Shown piece after piece: positions 27,643-35,980 of a stretch of 64,000 bases of DNA; the first letter of the stretch is position 1, and the number at the start of each line of letters is the position of its first letter. Both the position numbers and the translations under genes were made by a program. This stretch comes from an uncultured Clostridia bacterium (GTDB lineage Bacteria; Bacillota; Clostridia; Christensenellales; UBA1242). The notes below the pieces were generated by a model that was given only the letters and a program-made list of their open reading frames with translations, searched no databases and was not told the DNA's origin. The stretch covers positions 14,065 to 78,064 of the forward strand of contig CATLHJ010000003.1 of NCBI GenBank assembly GCA_949949035.1. Reading direction: 5' to 3'.

Positions 27643-28458
27643 TTATTTTTGGCAGTTAGGGCAATAAACACTGCTGCGCCCGTTCAGGCGGGTGCCGTTT
27701 AAGGTAGTGCCGCAGTGCGGGCACGGTTGTCCGGCGTGGCCGTAAATTTGTAAATAACGGTCAGTTTGGTAACTTTTACCTTCGCTTTTGCGGTATTCGG
27801 TCAACGTTACGTGGTGGTTAGTGATAAATTCGGCGATGACCGCGGGAATCGTTGTGGCCAAACGCGCATATTCGTCGGGGGTCAGGCTGTTACCGGGGCG
27901 CATGGGTGCAATGCCCGCGCGGAAGCAGATTTCATCGCTGTAAATGTTACCGATCCCCGCGACAATGGCTTGGTCGAGCAGTAAACTTTTGACGGCCAAG
28001 GTACGGCGGGCAAATTTCTGTTGCAGGTACTCTGCCGTCACGTTTTTCGGCTCCACCCCCAGTTTTTGTTGTCCCGAAAGATCGGGTTGCCCGTCGCGAA
28101 TCAACCAAAACCGGCCGAAACCGCGGTCATCGGCGAAGCGCAGTTGGTCGCCATTATCCAATACCCACAGCATTACGGTGTGGCGTGCGACAGGGTCGGT
28201 CGGGTGGTTAACGGTCAGCACCCCCGTCATGCGTAAATGAATCACCACGCGGTTACCGTTAGCGAAATGCACGGTCAAATATTTACCGCGGCGCGTTAAT
28301 TTGGTAATGGTTTGTTGCAAAATACCGTAAGTAAACTGGGCGGGCGTGCCGTTGCCCAGTACTTTCAGGTTGCTAATCACCACCTGCACCACCTTACGTT
28401 TATTTAAGGTGGGTGCCAATACGGTACGCACGGTTTCTACTTCGGGCAGTTCAGGCAT
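27643..28458 (-). CDS. mutM: formamidopyrimidine-DNA glycosylase
   Basis: MPELPEVETVR N-terminus, C-terminal zinc finger CPHCG...YCPNCQ, AAGGAGG RBS upstream of the ATG at 28458. Confidence 0.9.
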   Translation of the reverse strand: MPELPEVETVRTVLAPTLNKRKVVQVVISNLKVLGNGTPAQFTYGILQQTITKLTRRGKYLTVHFANGNRVVIHLRMTGVLTVNHPTDPVARHTVMLWVLDNGDQLRFADDRGFGRFWLIRDGQPDLSGQQKLGVEPKNVTAEYLQQKFARRTLAVKSLLLDQAIVAGIGNIYSDEICFRAGIAPMRPGNSLTPDEYARLATTIPAVIAEFITNHHVTLTEYRKSEGKSYQTDRYLQIYGHAGQPCPHCGTTLNGTRLNGRSSVYCPNCQK

Positions 28459-29677
28459 GAGCACCTCCTTGGTTGGTTGGCGGTGTCGCCAGACCAGTGT
28501 AACGCGGCGTGACTTGCCCGTCTTGGTTACCCACAATAATCAGTGGGACAAAAACTTCGTCGGGAGTCAGTCCGGTATGGTGGGCGCGGTACAGATGGTC
28601 GTGAACGCGGTATTCTTTGCCGGGGGCAAAGACCAACATTTTACCGGTTGGTCCGCCAATTGCGATAAAATCACCCAAATGTTTACGGTACGCGGGTGAC
28701 GGTACCCCGCCGAACACGCCTTGGTCAATCAACGTTTGGGTTGGGAACAAAGTATAGTCGTTGGCATACTTGGCGAACGCCTTTTGGAACGCGTCGCGCT
28801 GCCCCGGTTTCACCGTAAAACACGCCCCGCGGGGGTCAAGGGCAATCGGGTGTTGCAAACAATTAGTAATGGCGGGATCAGCATAAATTGGTGTATAACC
28901 GGTCAAATCAATTTGCCCGTGGTCGGCGGTAATCACGAACAAGGTATCGGGACATTGTTTAACTAATTTGGCGAGCCCACGGTCAATGGTGTTAATTAGT
29001 TTACGGGCGGAACGCGCTGTGGTGCCGTAATGGTGCATGGTGGCGTCCAAGTCGGCAAAGTACGCGTACACAAACTTGCGGTCGGGTTGGTGGCACACTG
29101 TCCGCAGATAACGGGTTAATTGTCGCCAGTTATGGTATTCGTGGTAGTTTGGTACACGCAGCGAGTTATTCACAATATCCGGCATCACGCCGTACAAGGT
29201 TCGGTCGGTTGGTTTTTGGGCAAAAAAATACTGGTACGGCAGTTGGTGTTCGGCAAAAGCACGGTCTTGGGTCAGTTCTTTGGTGTAAAAATTACGGTTT
29301 GCAAACAGTTCAATGACGTCGCCGTCAAAGTCTACTGACCACGCGAACCAGCCGTGTTCGGCGGGCGTCAAACCGCTTAAAATAGTCGTGGTGGCGGCGA
29401 CGGTCGTCGGCGGAAAAACCGAAGTCAATTCTTGGGCTTGATGGCGTCGCAAGAAACTTTTTACGGGCAGGTTTTTAGCCATAAGGCGACTGCCCATCCC
29501 GTCCACCACCAAATAAACGATGTTGCGGTAATTATGTTCGTTTAACGCACATTGCAGTACCGGCAAGGTTGAGTGGTGGTTGGGTTGCCCCAGATACTCC
29601 GCCAAGGTCGCGGACACGTTCACCAAGTTCGCGTGAAAGTTCGGGAAAACTAAACCGCTGTGCTTCATCACCAACAT
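28451..29677 (-). CDS. alkaline-phosphatase-superfamily phosphodiesterase / nucleotide pyrophosphatase-like protein
   Basis: VVDGMGSRL, SVFPPTTVAATTTILSG and ITADHGQ motifs. The start is uncertain: TTG 29695, ATG 29677 or ATG 29668. Confidence 0.7.
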   Translation of the reverse strand: MLVMKHSGLVFPNFHANLVNVSATLAEYLGQPNHHSTLPVLQCALNEHNYRNIVYLVVDGMGSRLMAKNLPVKSFLRRHQAQELTSVFPPTTVAATTTILSGLTPAEHGWFAWSVDFDGDVIELFANRNFYTKELTQDRAFAEHQLPYQYFFAQKPTDRTLYGVMPDIVNNSLRVPNYHEYHNWRQLTRYLRTVCHQPDRKFVYAYFADLDATMHHYGTTARSARKLINTIDRGLAKLVKQCPDTLFVITADHGQIDLTGYTPIYADPAITNCLQHPIALDPRGACFTVKPGQRDAFQKAFAKYANDYTLFPTQTLIDQGVFGGVPSPAYRKHLGDFIAIGGPTGKMLVFAPGKEYRVHDHLYRAHHTGLTPDEVFVPLIIVGNQDGQVTPRYTGLATPPTNQGGAHA

Positions 29678-29703
29678 TATAGCACATTTTGTCAAAAAAA
29701 CAC

Positions 29704-29741
29704 AAAAAGTTACTTACATATTTACTTGTAAGTAACTTTTT
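29704..29741. promoter_or_regulatory. perfect 15-bp inverted repeat (operator-like) in a divergent promoter region
   Basis: aaaaagttacttaca-N8-tgtaagtaacttttt. Both flanking genes start here rather than end here. Confidence 0.5.
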
Positions 29742-29766
29742 TTACCCAAATAACCGATAAAAATAG

Positions 29767-29795
29767 TTGTGTAAAATAAATTAAAATTATATAAT
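29767..29795 (+). promoter_or_regulatory. sigma-70-like promoter for 29861-30379
   Basis: TTGTGT, 17 nt, TATAAT. Confidence 0.45.
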
Positions 29796-29860
29796 TTAGG
29801 TAGATTTACGATATGTAAAAATTTTTTGGGATACGCCCAAATTAAAAGGAGAATAAAGTT

Positions 29861-30379
29861 ATGGATTTCATTCGCAAAAATTGGTCACGACTTTCATTAG
29901 CCCTTCTCTTCTTACTTGGTGGTATTTTGGGAATTGTGGCTTTTGCCAACAGTGACATCTTTACGGGCGTCAACAACATCACGAAATTTTACAATATCGC
30001 TTTGTTGGTTTCCACCATGCTGTACTTCTTCGGTATGGCGTGCGTTACCGTGTTAAAAGCGGTGGCCGGCAAAAAAGCCGTCAGCATCACTTACATGGTT
30101 TTTGGCGCGATCGTTTCCATTTTGGAAATCGTAGTTTTGTGCGTCTGCATGAACGAACCGAACTTAATCAGTTTGATTGGGGTTAATGCCGTTGTGGTAT
30201 TCTTCACGTTCATTGTCCCGACTTTGGTTTTCGGTTTCTACCCCTTAATCAAGGGTATTACCCGTTTCATCGAAGCCGAACAAACTCCGGCTCCGGCGAA
30301 AACGACCGTTCAACCGGCCGCGGAACAACCTACCGCACCGGCGAAAAAACCGGCGACCAAGACTCCGGCCGCTAAATAA
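29861..30379 (+). CDS. hypothetical membrane protein with Pro/Ala/Thr-rich tail
   Basis: 172 aa with AAAGGAG RBS, four TM helices and the C-terminal low-complexity segment PAPAKTTVQPAAEQPTAPAKKPATKTPAAK. Confidence 0.6.
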   Translation: MDFIRKNWSRLSLALLFLLGGILGIVAFANSDIFTGVNNITKFYNIALLVSTMLYFFGMACVTVLKAVAGKKAVSITYMVFGAIVSILEIVVLCVCMNEPNLISLIGVNAVVVFFTFIVPTLVFGFYPLIKGITRFIEAEQTPAPAKTTVQPAAEQPTAPAKKPATKTPAAK

Positions 30380-30403
30380 GGCGTTTAACCAAAACTAAAA
30401 AAA

Positions 30404-30428
30404 GCCGTGGCGTTCCCGCGGCTTTTTT
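30404..30428 (+). terminator. rho-independent terminator
   Basis: gccgtgg-cgttc-ccgcggc hairpin followed by tttttt, preceded by an A run. Confidence 0.75.
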
Positions 30429-30443
30429 AGTATGCTGTAAATA

Positions 30444-31496
30444 ATGCAAATTACCCGTTTAGAATTACGCAACTTTCGTAACCACCGGCACACTACCCTG
30501 AACTTGGCGCCGGGGGTCAACGTGTTGGTGGGTGCCAACGCTCAAGGTAAAACCAACCTGTTGGAAGCCATTTATCTGGCTTGCGTGGGACGGGGTTGGC
30601 GCACTTCCCGTGACCGCGAAATGGTGCAATTTGGGGCGGACAGTGCCTGGGTCAATGTCACTGCGCAAAAGCGTTGTGGCACGGTCGAAATTGCTATTCA
30701 TTTAGGCACAGGGCAAAAAAAGGCGATTGCCGTCAACGGCATCCCCATCAGCAAGGTGGCCGAGTTAATGGGACAAATTAACTGCGTCTTCTTTTCGCCA
30801 GACGAACTTAAAATGGTGAAGGAAGCCCCCGCCGACCGCCGGCGTTTCCTGAACATTGACCTTTCGCAACTGGACAAAACCTACTTTTACGCGTTAACCC
30901 GCTATAACAAAATTTTGGCGGAGCGCAACGCGTACTTGAAAACCAACGGCGACCCACGAGAACTGGCGATTTGGGACGAGCAATTAGTCAAGGTCGGCGA
31001 CATCATTATCGCCAAGCGACGCGCGTTTTTGAACCAATTAACCCCGTTAATCATTGCTCAACACCACGCGTTAACCGGCGGACAGGAAAACCTTACCGTT
31101 CAGTACGAAACGGTGCAAAACTTCGCAAAAAACTTGGCGGCAGCCCGCGCCCGCGACCAACAATTACGCACCACCACGGTGGGACCACACCGCGATGACC
31201 TTGCCATTAAAATTAACGGCCAAGACGTCCGCCTGTACGGCAGTCAAGGGCAACAACGCACCGTCGCCCTGTCAATCAAATTAGCCGAGTTAACCTTATT
31301 CACCAAACTGACGGGCGAAACGCCGATTCTATTACTGGACGATGTATTCAGCGAATTAGATAGCAATCGTCAGGCGAGACTGCTAACTACCATTGCAGCG
31401 GCACAAACGGTAATTACCGCCACCGAAGCACCCGCGGTCGGGGAAATTTTTACCATTCACCACGGGCAAGTTGTTTCCCCAGCACCGGTTAGTTAA
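30444..31496 (+). CDS. recF: DNA replication and repair protein RecF
   Basis: LELRNFRNH, Walker A GANAQGKTNLLEAI, GPHRDD, GSQGQQRT signature, and LLLDDVFSELD. Confidence 0.9.
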   Translation: MQITRLELRNFRNHRHTTLNLAPGVNVLVGANAQGKTNLLEAIYLACVGRGWRTSRDREMVQFGADSAWVNVTAQKRCGTVEIAIHLGTGQKKAIAVNGIPISKVAELMGQINCVFFSPDELKMVKEAPADRRRFLNIDLSQLDKTYFYALTRYNKILAERNAYLKTNGDPRELAIWDEQLVKVGDIIIAKRRAFLNQLTPLIIAQHHALTGGQENLTVQYETVQNFAKNLAAARARDQQLRTTTVGPHRDDLAIKINGQDVRLYGSQGQQRTVALSIKLAELTLFTKLTGETPILLLDDVFSELDSNRQARLLTTIAAAQTVITATEAPAVGEIFTIHHGQVVSPAPVS

Positions 31497-32056
31497 AGCG
31501 AGAAACTGTTGCCAACCGCGCTTAACAGTTGCGACATAATCGGGAAGATATGATTTTTGAAAAAATCAAACAAATAGGGGGCGAAGTAACCGCCACTGGC
31601 TGGCGTTAACTGCAAGGCACTGGCCAAGCCCAAACCATCAATCAACATAAACAGAATGGTTAATTCCATGCCCGTTACCAAAATACCGAACACGAACCCA
31701 AACAGGTGGTCCAATACGTTAACCGTCTTGACACGTTCTTTTACGAACGCCAATAACTTATCCACCAAAATTAACAGCAAGCGCACCGCCAAGAACAAAC
31801 CGATAGCGGTCATAATAAACAGCAAGGTCTGGGGCGTCACCACCGGCACGTTCCATTTAGCAATCTGTTCACACCAACCGAATTGGCGGTCTAACCACCC
31901 CGCCAGTGGGCCAGACGCAAAGATCACCACCAACAACGACACGAACGTCGACGCATACTTCAGTACGCTACGCAAAAAACCACGCACCGTACAAATTAAC
32001 GTAATGACCACAATAAATAACGCAATAACGATGTCCGCAATCAGGCCGGCGGTCAT
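31493..32056 (-). CDS. CvpA-family membrane protein (tentative)
   Basis: 187 aa with four TM helices. The N-terminal pattern IADIVIALFIVVITLICTVRGF resembles CvpA. Confidence 0.5.
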   Translation of the reverse strand: MTAGLIADIVIALFIVVITLICTVRGFLRSVLKYASTFVSLLVVIFASGPLAGWLDRQFGWCEQIAKWNVPVVTPQTLLFIMTAIGLFLAVRLLLILVDKLLAFVKERVKTVNVLDHLFGFVFGILVTGMELTILFMLIDGLGLASALQLTPASGGYFAPYLFDFFKNHIFPIMSQLLSAVGNSFSL

Positions 32057-32160
32057 AATTGGCGTCCCCCTTTTCTCTACCGTTATTATAGCCCAGTCAC
32101 ACCCATTTTGTCAAGGTCAACCGTCACGCTTACCTAACCTTTTTCACTTGTCAACCCAAT

Positions 32161-32420
32161 TGTTTAACGTTAAACATTTTTGTAATCAGCAAACCGCTCA
32201 CTAGATTGTCGTAAGGCACAGCCATTGTTCAACGTTAAATATTTTTGTAATCAGCAAATCGTCCACTAAATTATCGCAAGGCACGGCCATTGTTTAACGT
32301 CAAACATTTTCGTAATTAACCAACCGTCCACTAGATTATCGCAAAACACGGCCATTGTTTAACGTTAAACACCTTCGTAATCAGCAAATCGTCCACTAGA
32401 TTGTCGTAAGGCACGGTCAT
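32161..32420. repeat. left array: four tandem 65-bp iterons, each starting with a parS-like 16-mer
   Basis: Units start at 32161, 32226, 32291 and 32356. The 16-mers are TGTTTAACGTTAAACA (perfect at 32161 and 32356), TGTTCAACGTTAAATA and TGTTTAACGTCAAACA. The 49-bp remainder of each unit is also conserved. Confidence 0.95.
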
Positions 32421-32864
32421 CCTTCGTGTGGCAAAACCTTAAAAATAGAGCAAGTGGTGGCAGTTACTTACAAAGCAACGGTTAATAACTCACGGCACAC
32501 TACTGCGACCGGCGACAAAGCGTTTGGCCGTTTGACAATTCGGCTTTGGAATTGAGTATGCCAACCGTCAAAACAGGCCGTCAAGCAAGACCATTTTCGC
32601 GTTCCCGTTGGGATTGCGTCGCGGACGTCATTATTCGCCCCGCGTCCAACAAAACACTGTCATCTCCACTATTCATCCCAATTATCTTGCGCGCAGTGAC
32701 CAATTTGCCGTCGCGCCGCAATGTTTTTTCCCAACCCTTTAATTGTTGACGGCTAAACCAATGACGCAATTTACTAAATTTACCCCGCATCATGCCACCA
32801 CCAGTTCAACCAGCGTTCCGCGCAAAGCGCAAGCCAATTTTTCATCCTTGCCGATCATCAACCA

Positions 32865-32893
32865 ATTATAACCGATTGCCGTCCACAATGCAA
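32865..32893 (-). promoter_or_regulatory. sigma-70-like promoter between the iteron arrays, pointing toward lower coordinates
   Basis: The minus strand reads TTGCAT, 17 nt, TATAAT (plus-strand atgcaa at 32888-32893 and attata at 32865-32870). Confidence 0.45.
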
Positions 32894-32903
32894 GTCGGCA
32901 AAT

Positions 32904-33113
32904 TGTTTAACGCTAACTATCGTTTGGCCTTACGCTTACCAAGTAAGCAGTTTACCAATTACGCAAATGTTTAACGTTAAACAATGACCGTGCCTTACGA
33001 TAATCTAGTGGACGGTTTACTGATTACAAAAATGTTTAACGTTAAACAATGGATGTGCCTTACGATAATTTAGTGGACGGCTTGCTGATTACAAAAATGT
33101 TTAACGTTAAACA
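32904..33113. repeat. right array: inverted copies of the 65-bp iterons
   Basis: Perfect TGTTTAACGTTAAACA at 32968, 33033 and 33098 (65-bp spacing) plus a degenerate TGTTTAACGCTAACTA at 32904. The inter-palindrome sequence is the reverse complement of the left-array units. Confidence 0.95.
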
Positions 33114-33137
33114 ATTTGGGGAGTACCCGAAAAATGT

Positions 33138-33166
33138 TTGCCCTTTAACGTAAAAAAACGTAAAAT
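33138..33166 (+). promoter_or_regulatory. sigma-70-like promoter immediately upstream of parB
   Basis: TTGCCC, 17 nt, TAAAAT. The -10 element ends 7 nt before the parB ATG and no Shine-Dalgarno is visible. Confidence 0.4.
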
Positions 33167-33173
33167 ATAGAAT

Positions 33174-34079
33174 ATGGCAGAAAAAAAAGGATTGGGGCGG
33201 GGACTGGAAGCCTTACTGGGTGGCTTTGCGTTAGACGACGAATTAACCCCCTTGCCCGATGACCGACCGACCGCAACAACGGACACGAATACAGATCACG
33301 GCGTGGAAACCTTGTTGGTCAGCATGATCGACAATAACGTTAACCAACCGCGTAAAACTTTCGACCCCGTGGCCTTGCGGGAACTGGCGGAAAGTATTAA
33401 GGAGTACGGGGTCATCCAACCCATTTTGGTTACACCCGTAGGTAACCGCTTTATGATTGTGGCGGGAGAACGGCGCTGGCGTGCCGCCAAAATGGCGGGA
33501 TTGGTAGAAATCCCCGCGGTAATTAAAAAGTTTAACCACAAACAAATTGACGAAATTGCGATTATCGAAAACTTGCAACGTGACGACTTAAACGATATTG
33601 AATTGGCCATGGGCATTAAACGCTTAATGGACGAACACCACTTGACCCAAGAAAAGGTTGCTGAACGTTTGGCTAAACCGCGCAGCACGATCGCCAACAC
33701 TTTGCGCCTAATTACCTTGCCACCGGCGGTGCAGACTTTAATCAGTAACCGCCAACTGACCGCGGGACACGCGTTACGTTTGTTAAGCGTGACCGACCCC
33801 GCCCAACAGATTAAGTACGCCGAACGGGCCGCCGCCGAAAATTTGTCGGTGCGCGCACTGGGCGAACTGATTGACGGCAAGTTTGCGGGGCTGCCTAAAA
33901 GTGCGGTCAAGCCAACTAAACTGCCCGAAATTCGTGAACAGGAAAAAATTTTGTCCCGCGCAATCGGCACCAAGGTTAAAATTGACGGCGATTTGACCGC
34001 GGGCAAGGTGGTTATCGCCTACCACGCGGCGGAAGAATTGGAACGGATTGTTAATTACTTAAAAAAACACAATATCTAG
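33174..34079 (+). CDS. parB: ParB/Spo0J-family chromosome partitioning protein
   Basis: KGLGRGLEALL, IQPILV, GERRWRAAKMAG (the arginine-patch ParB box) and the HTH LTQEKVAERLAKPRSTIANTLRL. Confidence 0.9.
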   Translation: MAEKKGLGRGLEALLGGFALDDELTPLPDDRPTATTDTNTDHGVETLLVSMIDNNVNQPRKTFDPVALRELAESIKEYGVIQPILVTPVGNRFMIVAGERRWRAAKMAGLVEIPAVIKKFNHKQIDEIAIIENLQRDDLNDIELAMGIKRLMDEHHLTQEKVAERLAKPRSTIANTLRLITLPPAVQTLISNRQLTAGHALRLLSVTDPAQQIKYAERAAAENLSVRALGELIDGKFAGLPKSAVKPTKLPEIREQEKILSRAIGTKVKIDGDLTAGKVVIAYHAAEELERIVNYLKKHNI

Positions 34080-34146
34080 TGGCCTGCCAGCAAGTTGGCG
34101 TACTATATATAGTGTTTTATCCGCCAAAGTGGCAGTTAAAACCATC

Positions 34147-34175
34147 TTGAACAAAAAAGCGTGGTATGGTATACT
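34147..34175 (+). promoter_or_regulatory. sigma-70-like promoter for parA
   Basis: TTGAAC, 17 nt, TATACT, followed by an AAAGGAG RBS. Confidence 0.45.
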
Positions 34176-34202
34176 CAAATACCAGCGAAAGGAGAACGGA
34201 AA

Positions 34203-34970
34203 ATGGGTAAAGTAATAGCCTTTACGAATCAAAAGGGCGGGGTGGGTAAAACCACAACCTGTATTAACCTGTCGGCCTATTTAGCCCAGTTGGGTAAAAA
34301 AGTGTTGATTATCGACATGGACCCCCAAGGCAACGCGACCAGTGGGGTGGGCATCGTTAAGCAACCCAAAATGGCGACGGTGTACAGCGTAATGTGTGAC
34401 CAAGTGGATGCGACCGACGCCATTCAGTTAACCGCGATTAAGGGCTTGGAAATTTTGCCCGCGACGGTGGACTTGGCGGGCGCGGAAATCGAATTAGTCC
34501 GCATGAGTGGCCGCGAACAAATTTTGAAACACGCGGTGGAAAGAATTAAAGACAGTTACGACTTCGTGTGCATTGACTGCCCACCCAGTTTAGGTTTGTT
34601 AACCGTTAATTCGCTGACCGCCGCCGACAGCATTATCATCCCGATCCAGTGCGAATTTTTTGCGTTGGAAGGGGTCAGCCAGTTAATCAATACGGTGCGC
34701 TTAATTAAAAAGCAGGGCCTGAACCCGCACATCGACATCGAAGGCGTGTTAACCACCATGATGGTGCGCAGCAGTTTAACCGAACAGGTCAACGCCGAAG
34801 TGCTGAAATTCTTCGGGCGTAAGGTGTTTAATACCAAAATTCCCCGCAACGTGCGTTTGGCAGAAGCCCCCAGTCACGGGCAACCCATTTGCCTGTACGA
34901 TAACAAATGTTCGGGTGCCAAGGCTTACCGCGAATTGGCGTACGAATTTATGAAGAGGCAACCCAAATGA
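34203..34970 (+). CDS. parA: ParA/Soj-family ATPase
   Basis: Deviant Walker A NQKGGVGKTTT, IDMDPQGNAT, and DCPPSLG. ATG at 34203. Confidence 0.92.
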   Translation: MGKVIAFTNQKGGVGKTTTCINLSAYLAQLGKKVLIIDMDPQGNATSGVGIVKQPKMATVYSVMCDQVDATDAIQLTAIKGLEILPATVDLAGAEIELVRMSGREQILKHAVERIKDSYDFVCIDCPPSLGLLTVNSLTAADSIIIPIQCEFFALEGVSQLINTVRLIKKQGLNPHIDIEGVLTTMMVRSSLTEQVNAEVLKFFGRKVFNTKIPRNVRLAEAPSHGQPICLYDNKCSGAKAYRELAYEFMKRQPK

Positions 34971-35980
34971 ACCCTGCCGTAAAATCGTTTTATCGGGTCT
35001 ACCGTCCGCAGAACTTTGACGCGGTGGGGGGGCAAGAATTTGTCACCAAAACCTTGGCTAACCAAATTGCCACCAACAAAATCGGGCACGCTTATTTGTT
35101 TTGTGGGACACGCGGCACCGGCAAAACCACGGTGGCGAAAATTTTTGCGCGCGCGGTAAACTGCGAACATTTTCACGACGGTAAAGTTTGCGGGCAGTGT
35201 GCGTGGTGTAAAAGTCCCAACCAAAACATGGACATTTTTGAAATTGACGCCGCCAGTAATAACGGGGTGGACGCGGTACGGGACTTGGTGGACAGCGTTA
35301 AATACCCACCGGTCGTGGGACGCTACAAAGTCTACATTATCGACGAGGTGCACATGTTTTCGGGCTCCGCGTTTAACGCGTTATTAAAAACTTTGGAAGA
35401 ACCGCCCGCCCACGTGATTTTCATTTTGGCGACCACCGAACCGCACAAGTTGTTACCCACGGTACAAAGCCGCTGCCTACGCTTTAACTTCCAAAATGTG
35501 GCTTTGCCCGACATTATTAAAGTGGTGCAAGGCGTGTTCAAAAAAGAAAAGTTGACCGCCGACGACGCAGCCCTGACCGCGATTGCCAAGGAAGGACGGG
35601 GCAGTGTACGTGACGCGTTATCCTTTGCCGATACGGTCGCGGCCTACTGCGCGGGCGAACCGATTACCGTGGCCAAGATTAACCAAATTGTTGGGGGGGT
35701 AGACGCTACCGTTTTTGCCCGGTTAGTCCAACAAATTACCGCCCACGACGCGGCGGGGGTGCGGAAAACCGTAGCGGACATTTTCGCGGTCGCGACGGGT
35801 GCTGACCGCTTGCTGACCGGCGTGTTGGACGCGATTAAGGACGCTTACGTGACGACACCGACCCCGCAACTGGCCAACACCCTGAAATTATTTGCCAACT
35901 TGGAACCAACCTTAAAGTACGCGACCGACCCGCACGGCTATTTTGAAACCGCGGCGCTGGTGGCTTGCGGAGCCAATTAA
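34967..35980 (+). CDS. dnaX: DNA polymerase III subunit gamma/tau, domains I-III only
   Basis: YRPQNFDAVGGQE, GTRGTGKTT, a Zn module CEHFHDGKVCGQCAWC, IIDEVHM, and TLEEPP. ATGA overlap with the parA stop. Only 337 aa. Confidence 0.9.
   Translation: MNPAVKSFYRVYRPQNFDAVGGQEFVTKTLANQIATNKIGHAYLFCGTRGTGKTTVAKIFARAVNCEHFHDGKVCGQCAWCKSPNQNMDIFEIDAASNNGVDAVRDLVDSVKYPPVVGRYKVYIIDEVHMFSGSAFNALLKTLEEPPAHVIFILATTEPHKLLPTVQSRCLRFNFQNVALPDIIKVVQGVFKKEKLTADDAALTAIAKEGRGSVRDALSFADTVAAYCAGEPITVAKINQIVGGVDATVFARLVQQITAHDAAGVRKTVADIFAVATGADRLLTGVLDAIKDAYVTTPTPQLANTLKLFANLEPTLKYATDPHGYFETAALVACGAN

Noticed and set aside
29704-29741. Bidirectional rho-independent terminator (hairpin flanked by A and T runs).
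   Set aside because: Both adjacent genes start here rather than end here, so a terminator role is unlikely. Recorded instead as a candidate operator.
32546-32749. 67-aa plus-strand ORF in the core between the arrays.
   Set aside because: No RBS or promoter is visible. The amino-acid composition is implausible, and it overlaps the slightly better-supported minus-strand ORF. Treated as non-coding.
32161-33113. Possible CRISPR array, because of regularly spaced repeats.
   Set aside because: The 65-bp units are contiguous and conserved over their full length, so there are no unique spacers. The two arrays are inverted relative to each other. No cas genes or leader are present.
32161-33113. Inverted repeats as the ends of a transposon or MITE.
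   Set aside because: No transposase is present, and the enclosed core is only about 480 bp with one doubtful 70-aa ORF. The repeats are multi-copy iterons, not simple terminal inverted repeats. No target-site duplication is evident.
32057-33173. Possible replication origin (oriC), given recF on one side, parBA on the other and a long non-coding region.
   Set aside because: No dnaA or dnaN is in the window. I found no cluster of consensus DnaA boxes (TTATCCACA), only weak partial matches such as tgtggacgg and ttatccgcc. No obvious AT-rich unwinding element is present. The hypothesis is unsupported from sequence alone.
33296-34006. 236-aa minus-strand ORF inside parB. Similar long antisense ORFs lie at 12144-12710, 40327-40875, 41333-41941, 63057-63623, 25714-26118 and 31656-32204.
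   Set aside because: These are shadow ORFs opposite genes with clear homology. They have low-complexity or Ser/Arg/Ala-rich composition and no RBS.
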